Positions 26,244 to 38,407 of a stretch of 64,000 bases of DNA are shown here, piece by piece (within the stretch, counting starts at the first letter, position 1; each line of letters starts with the position of its first letter). A model generated the notes under the pieces. It saw nothing but the letters and a program-made list of their open reading frames with translations. It did not search any database and was not told the origin of the DNA. Location of the stretch: NCBI RefSeq assembly GCF_009834535.1, contig NC_045697.1, positions 33,606,001 to 33,670,000 of the forward strand. The letters run 5' to 3'. A program made the translations under genes and the position numbers. This DNA is from Camelus ferus (lineage: Eukaryota).

Positions 26244-27021
26244 ATTATCAATTTATTATCAATTTCAAATATTTATTATCAATTTGAAATACTCGGAATG
26301 ATAATAGAATATGGAGGAATCTCTGTTGATTAACCATACCATATTATAAACTAACTCTAGGAAACAGAAATCATGAAGTAAATCTCTCTTACATTGCCAA
26401 AAATCTGCCAAGTGTTTAATACACTTTAAGAACTCAATTTCTTTAAATGTTTTTAATAGAAAACATGAAAGCTTCTGTTTCTCAAGGTAGAAGCCGCTAA
26501 CATGAATTTGATCCCTTTCACAAAACCAACATGGGATATGCTTCAAAAGTGAGAAGATATGATTCTGAAAAGCCCAGAATACAACATAGAAACTACGAGA
26601 AACCCTTGGGGAGACAAAAAATAACATGAAGGAGGTGCAGGTGGGGAGAGGGCTACAGGGCATAGAATAGGGACAAATATCTATTTGTGTATTTTTTTCT
26701 CCCGCGTGACCTAGATGAATTTTTGCCCAACTATTGTCACAGGCAGGAAAACAGCAGCACCATGCCAAATTGGCACAGAAACAGAAAACATTAACTCACA
26801 AAAAATCTAAACGAAATGACATTTTATTAAAAGAACTGCCTTTACGAAAACATAAAAACAACCTATAAGTTTTCCACAATCATATCATTTAAACAACAAC
26901 AACAACAAAATAATGTCTATGTCATATAAATTCCTACAGAAAAAAAATAAATACATGATGCTACTAGCTTACTTTATGGGCCTAGTAAAATCCAGACTCT
27001 AAACCTGGATAAGGGGTGTTC

Positions 27022-27112
27022 ATGGATGCTAACATAAATTATTATATAACAATACACTAATATATTTAAAAAGTAGCTTAGAGATCAAAAGAACTGGAAA
27101 AAGCCTCACTCC
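27022..27112 (+). repeat. Inverted duplication, right arm (91 bp)
   Basis: 'atggatgctaacataa..agcttagagatcaaaagaactggaaaaagcctcactcc' is the inverted copy of 26155-26243. Confidence 0.95.
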
Positions 27113-27850
27113 CACCTTTACATAAGAAAAGTGCAAACAAAAATTAGACAAACAGCAAATTAATAATTTTCTTTAACCTATCAGATAACTGAGGTCTCAA
27201 TACAAACAGCTATTTCTTAAAGATATAGCTGGTTTGGTTCCAAACCACCACAATAAAACAAATACTGCAATAAAGCAAGTCACATGAATTTTTTGGTTTC
27301 CCAGTGCATATAAAAATTGTTTATACTATACTGTAGTCTATTGAATGTGCCATAGAATTACGTCTAAAAAAGCAGTATACATACCTTAATTTAAAAAATA
27401 CTTCATTACTAAAAAATTCTAATCACCATCTGACAATTGCAAGGTTGCAAGAAACCTTCAATTTGTAAAAAAAAAAAAAAACAACACTATTTCCAAAGTG
27501 TAATAAAGTAAATAAAGTGCAATAAAACAAGGTACGCCTGTAACCTAAAATCTGGAGAGAAAACAGGTGCTACAGGGAAGACTAGCATTTGCTTACCTGG
27601 CACATATACTATCATATGCCATTTAAACTAGTAAGAAGATTCAGGTAGTAATATTTAACAAATTTCTAAAGGCTGTATGTGGGCCAGTGTTATAGTGTGA
27701 AGTCCCTGACAGCCTACAGGTACAGTGTGTTCCATGCTTTTATAGGCTTTTTCTCCAGGAAACTCACCTGATGCTAACTGGGAAAATCAGGGGAAATCCT
27801 AAAAGAGTTTCTACCACGGTGCTGGCTTGGGGAAGAACAGCATTCTATTT
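27075..27850 (+). mobile_element. Old L1M 5' region, split by a Tigger MITE
   Basis: 'cactcccaccttta..tcagataactgaggtc..[Tigger]..aaaatctggagaga' resembles L1MC/MD 5' end consensus. Confidence 0.5.
27207..27540. mobile_element. Tigger1-derived MITE (Tigger1a_Art-like)
   Basis: Both Tigger1 ends joined by an internal deletion: 'ggttccaaaccaccacaataaa..gtcacatgaattttttggtttcccagtgcatataaaa' and 'aaaccttcaatttgtaaaa..gcaataaaacaaggtacgcctg', followed by TA. Confidence 0.88.
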
Positions 27851-27899
27851 TCAGAATTCTATCCTGATACATTATTGATATTTCTCCTATAAAAAAGAT

Positions 27900-28116
27900 C
27901 CTCTTATTATAAGGTGAGTTTAGCAAGGTTGCAAGGTAAATGCCAATAAACAAACGTGAATGAAAAAACTATTTAGCATCAATGAGCAATTAAAATTTTA
28001 AAAAGAAAATCCCATTTACAATAGCACTAAAATTATTTATATATAAGGTAACCAAATATATGTAAGAGCTATGTATTAATCCAGTTATCCAGAGAAATAG
28101 AACCAATAGAGGGAGG

Positions 28117-28154
<38 letters not shown>

Positions 28155-29355
28155 TAATGTGCTTTAGTTGAAGCCTAATGATTTAAATGTTAATGTCATC
28201 TTTAAAATACCTTTACAATGACATTCAGACTGGTGTTGATTACTTATCTGGATAATGTGTCCTAGCCTAGTCAACACAAAATTAATCATCATATCTCTAT
28301 ACTGAAGACTATAAAATACTAATGAAAAGTTATGAAAGAAGATCTAAATAAATGAAGTATACCATATAAGTGGATTAAAAGAGTCAATATATATTATAGA
28401 TGTAAGTTCTAAGAAAATTAATCTACAAATTCAATGCAATCATAACCAAAATCACAGCAAGTATTTTGGTATATTTTGCTAAGCTGATTCTAAAATTCAC
28501 ATGAAAAGACAAAGGAACTAGACTAATCAAACAATCCTAAAGAAGAACAAGGTTGGAAGACTTACACTCCCCATTTCAAGACGTACACTATAAAGCCAAA
28601 GCAATTATGGCAGTGCGATGCTGGTGAAAGAGCAGGCGTAAGTTAGTGGAGTAGAACAGGAAGTTCAGAAATAGATCCAAATGAAGATAATCAATAGATT
28701 TTTGATAAAATTACAAGAGCAAATTAATAAAAATGGATAGTCTTTTCAACAATTATTGCTAGAACAGCTGGACATCCTTATTTAAAAAAAATAAACCTCA
28801 ACATACAACTCATACCTTTTTCAAAAATTAACTTGTAATAGATCACAGGTGTAAATGCAAAATGTAAAAGTATAAAATTTCTAGAAAAAAAGAAATGACA
28901 AATAAAATAACACCTGTAAGACTTTAGGTTTGGTAGTAAGTATTTTTATGACACCAAAAGAAACATACATAAAAGAAAGAAAAACTTGGTAATTAGGACT
29001 TCATGAAAATTTAAAACTTGCTTTTGCAAAGGAAACTGTTAGAAAAAAAAGACAAGCTACAGACTAGAAGAAAATATTTGCAAATCACATAGATGATTAA
29101 ACACTTGTATACAGAATATATTAAGACTTCTTAAAACTCAATAATAAGGGAAAAACTACACAATAGCAAAAGACTTTTTAAAAAAGATGTAAAATACCTA
29201 AACAGATACTTCACCAAAGTAAATATTAGGTGATAAATAAGCATAAAGAGTCTCATCATCCTTAGAATTAGGAAAATACAATTTAAACCATAATGAAGTA
29301 TTACCATATACCTATTAGAAGGGCCAAACATATAAAAAAGAAATACCAATCCTGC
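27900..29355 (+). mobile_element. L1M ORF2 3' half, degenerate
   Basis: 'aatctacaaattcaatgcaat..aagctgattctaaaattcacatgaaa..agaagaacaaggttggaagacttacact..gtcttttcaac..gaaaatatttgcaaatcac'. Confidence 0.88.
28072..28293 (-). mobile_element. MLT2 (ERVL) LTR, internally deleted, nested in L1
   Basis: Ends 'tgtattaatccagttatccagagaaatagaaccaatag' and 'gtcaacacaaaattaatcatcata', with an internal (GT)n. Confidence 0.82.
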
Positions 29356-29359
29356 CAAA

Positions 29360-29660
29360 ACAATTTAACAGTGAGAGGAGGAAATAAATCACAGCTAATC
29401 CTTTGAGTCCAGAATTACCCTGAAACCAAAACTGGTCTAAAACATTATTAGAGAAAAAAATTACATAAAAATCAACATTGAAAACTTTAACAATATATTA
29501 ATCAATCAAATCCAAAAAATATAAAAAGGAAAATAAATCATATGTAAGTAGATATTACCTCAGAATCAGGGATTGGTTTCACATTTGAAAACTAACCAAG
29601 GTAATGCACAATTATGAGAGAATGAAGTAGAAAACAAAAGTCAATAATTGAAGAAAAAGC
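29360..29660 (+). mobile_element. L1 ORF2 RT-region fragment
   Basis: 'cagaattaccctgaaaccaaaact..aatcaaatccaaaaaatataaaaagga..gggattggtttcacatttgaaaa'. Confidence 0.7.
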
Positions 29661-29844
29661 TAACAGATTGGCTAAGCCCCAGAATCTGAGTACAAACCAT
29701 GCACATAAAATTCTTGGTTAATTGCTAAACTGCAAGTTCAGGTAAAATGCCTGGGAAGCTAGACAAAAGAGGAAGAAGAAGAAAGAAGAAAGAAAGAAAT
29801 ATACACACTTTCTTCTTTTAATTTCTTTCAAAACATGTTGAGTA

Positions 29845-30133
29845 TAAGAAGTCAAACAGAATGTGCACACTGTGTGATCTCATTTATATGACATTCTAGA
29901 AGAAACAAAACTTATCTTTAGTGAAAGAAAACAGATCATTAGTCATCTGGGGCAGGGGATCAAAGACAGAAATTGACTGCAAAGGGTCACACGGGAACTT
30001 TTTGAGGTGATGGAAATTTTCTATATCTTCATTGTGGTGATGAGTATACAGATGTATACACTTATCAAAACTCCTCATACTGTACCCTTAACATGGGTGC
30101 ACTTTATTATATATAAATTATACCTTATTAAAT
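29845..30133 (+). mobile_element. L1MD/ME 3' UTR
   Basis: 'gaaattgactgcaaagggtcacacgggaactttttgaggtgatggaaattttctatatct..tcaaaactc..aaattatacct'. Confidence 0.8.
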
Positions 30134-30139
30134 ATGATT

Positions 30140-30900
30140 ATGAAAGACATAAAGTAAAAAATAATACTGAATTTGACAAAATATAAAAAAGAATTTTGTT
30201 CAATGAAGGATACTATAAGCAAAGTTAAAAGATATTGAAGACCAGGAGGGATATTTGCAATGTCTAAAATTAACAAAGTATTAAGAATACACAAAGTATT
30301 GAGGCTATACAAGGAACTTACAAAAATTAATAAGGAAAAAACAAGAAACCCAAAAGAAAGAATGGACAAAGACTGCATGTTTGAAAAAGAGGCTCATTCG
30401 TCACTACTAAAGTAACAAATTTCAAAATACCAGTTTTCAAAGTGACAAAAATCAAAAAGTTGAGTAGTACCAAATATTATAAAGTATAAAGGTGAAATTA
30501 AGCTGCCAGGTTTGCTGCTAGCCCCATAAATTGACTCTGAAAAGCAATCAGGAAGTACTTAGTGAAATTATATATGTGCATATGACCTACAAAACCCTCT
30601 TCTTGTAATACTAAGTGTTAATCATAGGAGATTAGATGACTAATATGTGGCATATGCATGAGATGAAACTCAAGGCAACAATCAAAAGAATAAAACTAGA
30701 TGCACAGTAGAATTAATAAATCACAAGAAAACATAGTGTTGGGTAGAAGACCTATTAAACAGAATAAGATGATTCATAATAATTTATGTAAACTAAAAAT
30801 ACATGAACACGTACATATACAGAATAACACTATATAATTTTCAACGATACATTCAACTCAAAGTCTAACATGTATATGAGTGGAGAGGAATGCCAGTGGA
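30140..30900 (+). mobile_element. Old L1ME 3' fragment
   Basis: A-rich, 'atatttgcaatgtctaaaat..aagaaacccaaaagaaagaatggacaaagac'. Confidence 0.6.
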
Positions 30901-31559
30901 GATGAGGAACCAAGTAAAGTTAGTAATTATGAAAAAATAAAAGGATTTGCACAGATTGACATCAGAGAAGTATAATTAATTCTCTGCACATAAAGGAAAA
31001 AAAATGTATTTCATTCACGCTTCTCAACACTGTTGTAATGTTGGGTCCATATCCTTGTATCTGAGTTATTACTCTTTTCTCAAGTGATAGTCTAAACTAT
31101 GAAGACAATCAGTATTCTAAGCATGTGCTTCGGATTACTGTCTTTCTTCATATCAAAATGGATACAGCATTCTTAGGGGGAACGTCAAAGGATCATTTCA
31201 TCAATACTTTTTCCCCTCTAAAGAGGATATTTTCATTTTTCATGGTATGTGACATACTGCCAAGACTCATCTTGTTTTAAAATGAGAAAATATGTCAAGA
31301 AGCATAATTCAGTTTAGATGAACATTATGAAGTAATTATATTTCTCATTTCATAACAATCAGTTGTTGACAGGTGGAGTAAGGGTATCTTACATCGTCTA
31401 AGAATAATCTACAAATCTCTTGGAGATCTACTTTCTATCTCAGTTTGCACCCACTTTTATTCTTTTGCAAGAATTGTTAGTACCTTTATTTCCACGTGCA
31501 ATTTTTTTTCACGTAAAATTCTGTTGATAATAGCTTTATGAAAGTGTGTCATTCTGAAG

Positions 31560-32255
31560 CTCTTTCTCCAGTGGAGGAGATAAGACATATAAGAATAACT
31601 GTAAGAAAAGCAATGCATCATAAATGACACCCTTTCCTTTAGAGGATAAACAAATTATTAAAGGAGGGGATACGAAGGAACAAACAACATTTAAGTTGGA
31701 ACTTGAAGTAAGGGAAATTCAGATATTCTAAGATGGAGGAGCAAGATATTCCAAATAAAGAGAACAAAAGGAGGTAGGAATCTAAAGAGTATATAAAGGA
31801 ACTGCAAGTATTTCAGTTCACACAATACACTGTACCATGTGGGGAACCATATGAAATAAGATAGCAAAATTAAGTTGAAAGGCAGATCATAAATAAAGAA
31901 TTTGAATTTTTATTACATACAATTTGGATAAAAGGTAACGGCGTATCAGAAACAACTTAGGAATATTAATCAGTTACATGGGATGAGCTTAGAGAAGAAA
32001 TGAAATCAAATGAAATGGGGAGTTTGGTTAGAAAGCTATAACAACTTATCTCAAAGTTATCAAGAGATAAGGAGAGCTTGAAATAGGGGAGATGCTATGC
32101 AAATAGAAGAGGAACAATGCATATAGAAAAAATCTTCTAAGAAATGAAAAGCAATTGGGTGAAGGAGATTAAATTAATAAGTTAAAATAGTTTTTATTTT
32201 AGTCTAAGTGACTGGTGGTACACTTAATTCATTAGTGGGAAGAAGGAAAATGTAG
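31560..32255 (-). mobile_element. L2 fragment
   Basis: Purine-rich antisense L2 motifs such as 'acatttaagttggaacttgaag' and 'taaagaatttgaattttta'. Confidence 0.5.
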
Positions 32256-32264
32256 AAGATGGGG

Positions 32265-33145
32265 TGTGAAAAAATATATATATATATTGGTCTCTGCCCC
32301 TAGTTCCTGCTAATATTTGGTCTTTTACCTCAGTTTCTAATACAGAACTTCTAAAACTCATATTAGTTCCCTGAGTGATTGGAGAATATAACACAGATCC
32401 CCTTAGAATTTCCAGGGCGACAGAAACTCCTTTTGTTCTAATGAGGTGACTCTCTACGGGCTCCTGAATGGGGCCCTAGAAAGAGCAAGTCATGATTAGA
32501 AGCCTGGAACTTTCAACCCCACCCCTCCATTTTCCAGAGAGGAGACAGGGGCCAGAAAGTTGAGTTAATAATTGATCCTACCCGCATGATAAAGGCTCCA
32601 TAAAAATCCCAAAAGTACAGGGTTGAGAAAGCTTCCAGGTTGGTGAACACATATACATGGCAGGAGGATGTCATACCCCAACTCCAGGAGACAGAAGCTC
32701 CTGCACCTGGGAACCTTTGAGGCTTGCCCTGTGCATCCTTTCATCTGGCTGTTCATTTGCATTCTTTAAAATATCCTTTATAATAAATTGAGAACAATAA
32801 GTAAACTATTTTCCTGGGTTCTATCAACCACTCTAAGTAAATTACTGAACATGAGGAGGGTGCCATGGGAACCTTTAATTTGTAGTCAAGTTGGACAGAA
32901 GTTGTGGGTGACCTGGATACCTACTTGCAACTGGCTTCTGATGTGGGGGGCAGTCCTGGGAACAGAGCCCTTAACCTGCGGGGTCTGTACTGACTTTGGT
33001 TAGTGTCAGAATTGAATTGAATTTCATCAACATCTGACAAGTTGATGTTGGAAAACTGGTTAGTGTGGGGGGAAAAACCCCAAACATTTGAAAGCCAGAG
33101 CAGTAACAGAGTAGTGAGGAAATAAAAGACTTTCCTTTCCAGACA
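32265..33145 (+). mobile_element. MER21-like ERVL solo LTR
   Basis: 'tatatattggtctctgcccctagttcctg..ttttgttctaatgaggtgactct..gagaaagcttccaggttggtgaacaca..gacagaagctcctgcac..gtgtcagaattgaattgaatt'; TG...CA ends. Confidence 0.88.
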
Positions 33146-33239
33146 TTATGTTTAGCCAAAAATTAAAAAAAAAAAAATGTATTCCGGACTTGGTTTTAAA
33201 TGTCTAAGATATCTTTAACAGGAAATGTTCAAGTAACAG

Positions 33240-33450
33240 TTGGATTACTTAAGGTAATGCTAGATGCTATAACAGAAAAACCTTGACATCTAAGTGGATT
33301 AACAACATAAATGTTTATTTCCTCTTTGTGTAAAGCCTAGTAAGAGAGTAGGAGAGGGGAGGGAGTCTGCCCCACAGATATTTAAGTACTCTGGCTGAAA
33401 AATATCTATCATCTTTAATATATGGCTTGCCACTGTTTCTCTAGGTAATG
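33240..33450 (-). mobile_element. Old MaLR LTR fragment (MLT1J/K-like)
   Basis: 'aggtaatgctagatgctataacagaaaaacc..catctaagtggattaacaacataaatgtttatttc'. Confidence 0.55.
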
Positions 33451-34109
33451 GAAGGCATATTCTTAAACTAGAGTAGAGTTCATCAGAAATGATGACACTC
33501 CAAAGGAGAAAGTACAGAAAGAATGGAGTCAAAAACCAGACTCCTAAAGATCACATACTTTTTTGAACTAAGTTTCAGAATGAGAAGTACGATTAAAAGG
33601 CTCAGTATCACAAAATCTAATGGAAGGGTCTGAAGAAAAAAGAGACAATAAACTGTATTAAATCCAAAGAGTGGGGCAAGGAAGATGAACAGAGAGAAAA
33701 ACTATGGGAACTGATGACTATGAGACTACTATATCACTTTCTAATCGTGTGAATTTAATCACTTTGAGAGCAAAAACTATATGAAAAGGGATGAAAGAAT
33801 AAGTGAACTGTAAGAAAGTTCAATCCATGTAGATATTAATGTTTATAGGTAACAGTAATTTAAGAAGAAAGGTTCATGTACCAGAATGCTGAATGCTGAA
33901 GTATATGATGGGTTACAAAGAATGCTGTTCAACTGGCAAACTGGAATTCTATGAAAATATTTCAAATTTGAAGATTAAAAATCCAATTCAAAAGAAGAGT
34001 ATAAATACGTAGCTAAAAACTGTAGGATTGACAAGCAAGGTCACAGAGAAGGTTAAGAAGAAAAGAGTTGGGAGAATTACTGGAGTATGATGTTTAAGAA
34101 ATCTAGAAA

Positions 34110-35690
34110 AAGGAAATCAAATGGACAACAACAAAATCCTCACAAAAATATGACTTCTTTATGAAGAAAATATTTAAATTATTGAAAGATAAAAAATAAA
34201 ATATGAAAAGATACACATATTCTTGGATGGAAACATTCAACATCATAAAGATGACAATTCTTCCAAAATCAATCTTTAATGTGATACAATCCCAAATGTA
34301 AAATGTCAATAGATTTTGTTTTATTTTGGTTTATTTTGTAGAATTATATATGCTGATTCTAGGGCTTAGATGGTAAAACAAACACAAAAAGCTTGGAAAT
34401 TTATTTTAAAAGGCTAGAGGAGTTCGAAATTTGTAGAAACTGACAGGTATATACAGAACAGATAAACAAGATTATACTGCATAGCACAGGGAAATATATA
34501 CAAGATCTTATGGTAGCTCACGGTGAAAAAGTATGCAACAATGAATATATGTGTGTTCATGTATAACTGAAAAATTGTATTCTACACTGGAAATTGACAC
34601 AACATTGTAAACTGACTGTAACTCAATAAAATAAAATAAAACAAAATAAAATAAAATGAAATAAAAAAGACAAGAAGAGAAATACGGGTGCAATGGCTCT
34701 CTCAAATGTTAAAACATTTATTTCAGCTACAGTAACTAAATCAGTGTAGTGCTTAAGCATGAATACATAATGTCAATGGTATAAAAAACTCTGAAAATAC
34801 ACAACACATTTAGAAGTTGCATATATGATAAAAGTGGTATTGCAAATTTGTGTAAAAAAGATGGATTTTTCAATAAAAGATGTTAGGACAACTAGGTTAC
34901 CAATTTATTGCCTTGATCATCTTTCTGTCACAAGTATTTTACTCTAATTATTCAACCAACCTTTCTCTTCTTCACATTGATTATCACTTTGCCTCATCAG
35001 TCCAACAGGATAAATTCTCAATAAATCAAATATTTTAAGTACATGAAATGAACATTCATAAAATCACTAAAAGAAACCATGAGAAAATTTTTAAATAATC
35101 TCACCTAGAAGCCATTCTGTTCACCAAAAACAAACAGGTAAAAAAACATGACCTCACTTAAAAAATCATGAATGGTAAAATCCTACAGGAATAATATCAA
35201 AAGACAAACAAATTGAGAAAAATAATGGCAACTGGTATCACAGGCAGTATGTCAAGTCTTCAACTCCTTTGAGAAAAATCCCTTAAAAGAAATTTGCAAG
35301 TATATAAACTGGTAGTTCATAAAAATGAAAATATGAATGGTTCTTAAACACGAAAAAATTTTCAATCCTAATAAAAGAAATAAAACTCATAAGTATATTG
35401 AGAACATCGTTTTTTCCTGATAGGTTAGTAAAGACAAAAAATTGATAACACATTGTGTGGATGAGGATGGCGGTGTAAGGAAATGGGCGTTCTCACATAC
35501 CACTGGTGGGAATGTGTATGACAGTATAACTTACAGGAAACTTTGGAAGCATCTATCAAAATTACAAATGCACATTTTTTTTTACCTTTCAGGTATACTT
35601 GCACACAGACATAAAAGGCTATTTGTTGCCACATTGTTTTATAGTATCAAAGTTAGCAAACCAAATGTTCTAGTGTGTCTATGATGAAAA
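34110..35690 (+). mobile_element. Old L1ME ORF2/3' region, host of a younger L1
   Basis: 'gatacacatattcttggatggaaacattcaacatcataaagatgacaattcttcc' and 'ctcacataccactggtgggaatgt..actttggaagcatctatcaaaattacaaatgcaca'. Confidence 0.75.
34417..34668 (+). mobile_element. Young 5'-truncated L1 3' end of camelid type with (TAAAA)n tail
   Basis: 'ggagttcgaaatttgtaga..catagcacagggaaatatatacaagatcttatggtagctcac..tacactggaaattgacacaacattgtaaactgactgtaactcaataaa' plus an A-rich tail; possible degenerate TSD aaaaggctaga/aaaagacaaga. Confidence 0.88.
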
Positions 35691-35929
35691 TGGATTGTTT
35701 TCAAAATCAGAAAAAAATGCAATAACTGTTTTAAGATACAACAATACACTCACACTAAGACGGCAGACCATTGGAGAATGGTTATGGAAGAATGGTCTGA
35801 TGGTTGCATTTTGAGACAGTAAGCATGCCTAGTTCTCTTAGTGATTTAGAAGTGAAAAAAATGGCTTTCATTAGCGAAAAGAAAAACTGACTGCACAGGT
35901 TACAGCTTCGTAAAGAAAACTCAGTTACT

Positions 35930-36250
35930 AAACCAGCCCTTAAGCACCTTAGGTAATGTTAAGTCCACTTGTATCTTAGGCCATAAGCTTTTTCAAGAGC
36001 CTCTGAAAATGTGTGAGGTCTGAAAAAAATAAATATATTGACTAACTTAAGCATGAAAACTGCATAATTAAATTCATTTTACATAAATGTGTATACAATT
36101 TTGTATATCAATTAAACAAAAATTTAAATCACTTCATATTTATGTATAGCAACATTTAACTGCAATGTAAGTTCATTTTAACATGTTGGCTTCAGCGCAG
36201 GTCTGGGTTTCCAAAAGGAAGAGTATCTAAAGACCTTTAAAAGTCTCTGA
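35930..36250. mobile_element. hAT-Tip100-like DNA transposon remnant
   Basis: 'agctttttcaagagcctctgaaaatgtgtgaggtctgaaaaaa..tccaaaaggaagagtatctaaagacct' resembles ORSL/MER91-type MITEs. Confidence 0.4.
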
Positions 36251-36309
36251 GACTTACTTCAATGAAAAGGTCTTAGTTTAAAAACTATAGATAATTTTAA
36301 AATAATAAT

Positions 36310-36730
36310 AAGTGGAAACAAAGTGTTCATCAACAGTGAATGGATAAACACAATGCAGTACACACATACAATGTAATACTATTTAGCCATAAGAAGATGG
36401 AAGTTCTGATCATGCTACCACACTGATGAACCTTGAAAATGGTATGCTAAGTGAAATAAGATGACATAAAAAGACAAATACTGTACGATTTTACTTATAT
36501 AAAATATCTAGAATAGGCAAATTTATAGAGACAAAAGCAGATTAGAGATCAGCAGGGTCTGGGGAGAACAAGGAGTTATGACTTAATGGGTTCAGAGTTT
36601 CTCTATGGAGCAAAGAAAAAATTTGGAAATAGTGGTGATGGTTGTACAATGGTGTGAATGTAATTAAAACCACTGAATTGTACACTTAAAAATGGAAAAT
36701 TTTCTGTTATATATTTTACCCAGTAAAAAA
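36310..36730 (+). mobile_element. L1MB 3' end
   Basis: 'gaatggataaacacaatg..gatgaaccttgaaaat..atgctaagtgaaataag..tagtggtgatggttgtacaa..ccactgaattgtacacttaaaaatgg'. Confidence 0.88.
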
Positions 36731-37621
36731 TGTTTTAAAATGAGGGAATGGAAAGTGGTTTATAACTTCTGACTGCTCTTTTAAAGATAATTTGTACTAA
36801 ATTAGTTGATGAATTTGCTTCTTTTCTACCTGATTCTAAGCATCATAGAATGGTTCTGATAGTTTGTATCTGAAGCACTTCATTTCTGAGTCCAAATAAG
36901 TTTTAATTTTATTTCCTCAAGTTTTAGAACACGCTTAACTAACAACAACAACAAAAATACATTCCACTTGATAATATAATAATTTCATTTGCTGCTACTC
37001 TGAATGTTCACACCCATATGCCCATAAGCACACAAATTTATGTTAATTTCACAAATGCATGAATTTTCCTAGGCTGTCACAGAAATTAGATTATATAAAA
37101 TATACAGCAATGAGATTTTACATATATATGTGTGTGTATGCATGTAACTCAATGCCCAGCACAGAATACTTGGTAATGCATAGTGGTACATATAGAACAT
37201 AAACTATAGATAGAGCTCTATTTAGACCTACACAAATTTCAAAAAGTAGTGTGCAAATTCAAGATAAAGCTGTAAGTACTTTATTTTAGATACATCAATG
37301 TCTTAAATCCTCTTTTACAAAATTCTTTCTCCAGATTAATGGCTATTATGATGAAAGTGTCAATCTCTTCATCGTAAATTCAGCTATTGAAAAATACCTT
37401 TAACAGCTAAGATTTGAAACAGTCTTTTTTCAACAAAAGCATTAACTGGAAATTTGAGTTGTCTAGAATTTTCTGTATTCCATTAGTAACATAAAGTGGC
37501 CAATGACACAAAGCTAATATTAGAGTTCCATTACCAACAAATGTCTATAGTTTCTTCATCTTTATCCCTCAATAGTACTATAGAATGAGAAATATGCTGC
37601 AGAGTAGAAGTTTCCAAATGC

Positions 37622-37645
37622 AAAAAAAAAAAAAAAAAAAAAAAA
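37622..37645. repeat. Poly(A)24 tract
   Basis: Read directly. Confidence 0.95.
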
Positions 37646-38023
37646 GATTCACTTATGATGACATTAAGGGAAAGAAGATAAGGATAGCATTTTACTAATG
37701 ATGAAGAAAACTTTCAACAACTGGGTCACAAAGGACATTCAGCTCAACTTTTATCAAAGATCCAACTAAATAAGAATATTGCTCTCGAGGCATTCTATTT
37801 AGCCAAGTTTTTCCATATTGCAAATTAGTTATAGAAAATAACTGCACAACATTTTCCAAACATTCTATTTTTTAACAGATCATCTTTTCAATAATGCCCA
37901 CTATTGGTCATTTGGTAACCATTCTTTACTGACACTTGAAGGCAGTGTGAGTTTAGCAGCAACCTTAGTTAGTTAGAAAAAGAGTTGAAATTTTTCAAAT
38001 TGTTCTTGGCTTCCAATTCATAT

Positions 38024-38407
38024 TGTATTAATCTGTTCAGGCCACTATAACAAAAAAAAAACCATAGACTGAGTTGCTTAACAAAATTTCTCACAGTTCT
38101 GGAGGCTGCAAAGTCAAAGATCAAAGTGCCCGCAAATTTGGTTCCTAGTGAGAGCTCAATTCTAGATTTGCAGTGTGTCCTAGCTTGCTGTGTCCTCACA
38201 TAGGGCTCTAACCTCTTCCGCTTCTTATACTAATTACGTTGATAATTCTTATACCTCTACTACTATTCCCGTTATGCAGGCTCCACTCTCATGGTCTCAT
38301 TTAAACTTAGTTACTTCCCAAAGGCCCCACCTCCTAATACCATCACATTAGAAGTTAGGGTTTCAACAAATGAATTTTAGATAAACATAAACATTCAGTC
38401 CACAATA
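38024..38407 (-). mobile_element. MaLR solo LTR (MLT1A0/B-like)
   Basis: 'tgtattaatctgttcaggccactataacaaaa..tctcacagttctggaggctg..cccaaaggccccacctcctaataccatcacatt..acattcagtccacaata'; 5-bp TSD catat/catac. Confidence 0.9.

Noticed and set aside
26265..26768. Longest ORF (167 aa) inside the inverted-repeat spacer as a transposase or cargo gene
   Set aside because: It has a non-ATG start, the F/L/C/I-rich composition of translated AT-rich DNA, and no catalytic motif.
26155..27112. Inverted arms read as TIRs of a DNA transposon
   Set aside because: There is no target-site duplication or known terminal motif, and the right arm seems continuous with L1 5' sequence.
37622..37645. Poly(A)24 as the tail of the 39.6-40.7 kb pseudogene
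   Set aside because: It is on the wrong strand for a minus-strand retrocopy and is separated from it by an older MLT1 LTR.
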